In this document: positions 58,911 through 59,111 of the stretch, in pieces
Layout: each line of letters opens with the position of its first letter
How positions within the stretch are numbered: position 1 is the first letter of the stretch
Source of the DNA: Bryobacteraceae bacterium
Lineage (GTDB): Bacteria; Acidobacteriota; Terriglobia; Bryobacterales; Bryobacteraceae
DNA: 59,111 nt
Reading direction: 5' to 3'
Assembly: GCA_050014595.1 (NCBI GenBank)
Contig: JBEKDA010000036.1
Coordinates: 1 to 59,111, forward strand
Made by a program: the position numbers and the translations under genes
Notes under the pieces: model-generated
Database searches by the model: none
Seen by the model: only the letters and a program-made list of their open reading frames with translations
What the model was told of the DNA's origin: nothing

Positions 58911-59111
58911 GGCCGAAGTGGGACCGGCGATCGGTTTGTGTCGTCGGCCGGGCTGCCGTGCATGTGCGAGGCTGGACAGACCACGAAAGCGATGGTCTGT
59001 TTGAATGTATAAGGGCTGAAATGGCGAAGGGTTCTCCTGAAGGGTACAATGCCGAGACCGGCTCTGAACAGCCGGCTCAGAAACTTCAAACAGGAGAACC
59101 CAATGAACGTC

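Overview
High-GC (about 65-70%) bacterial chromosomal window. The gene content looks Acidobacteria-like: a TonB-dependent receptor with an N-terminal carboxypeptidase-regulatory domain and a Gly-rich tract, a PadR regulator followed by the characteristic 'NWWQ' permease start, ECF sigma-Ser/Thr kinase pairs, TPR proteins, and a signal-peptide 'tail fibre' protein with a peptidase S74 chaperone domain. The taxonomic call is inference only.

The window splits into two parts. Region 1-~8.6 kb is a decayed integrative mobile element lying on the 3' side of a tRNA-Pro(UGG) gene (8727-8803, minus strand). It carries a phage-type integrase N-terminus at the window edge, an AlpA/Xis-like HTH protein, a zinc-ribbon membrane protein, a replication-relaxation family protein, a Walker-A-less TraD/VirD4 coupling-protein fragment, a large-serine-recombinase C-terminal remnant, a MazEF-like TA pair, an AT-richer MotB/OmpA-like + SPFH (band-7) + small membrane protein operon, an IS21 IstB fragment, and a 55-nt 3' tRNA-Pro(GGG)-like fragment that looks like an att remnant.

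The rest is mostly core chromosome:
- B12-radical-SAM, GT39 (with an embedded SEC-C motif), and a TIR protein whose N-terminus is a partial HU fold, preceded by an overlapping HU-N-terminal-like ORF.
- Secreted proteins and a TonB receptor; Rrf2-cysK.
- PadR and TA remnants; a conserved rpmH-rnpA-yidD-yidC-jag-mnmE block. rpmH is absent from the ORF track, and no dnaA is upstream of it.
- A beta-helix/methyltransferase/degenerate Wzt-like ATPase cluster; an ATP-grasp; a TPR protein; miaA; an NtrY/NtrX-like two-component pair; vapBC.
- A tail-fibre-like S74 protein plus a beta-rich secreted protein, convergent with an ECF sigma-STK-LamG operon.
- sorAB-like sulfite dehydrogenase; a CoA-transferase and alanine dehydrogenase; a cNMP-binding protein; an orphan NuoM-like subunit; an HlyD-like adaptor.

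No CRISPR array and no rRNA were seen. The most unusual candidates are the MotB-like/SPFH membrane module inside the island and the HU-fold-TIR pair.
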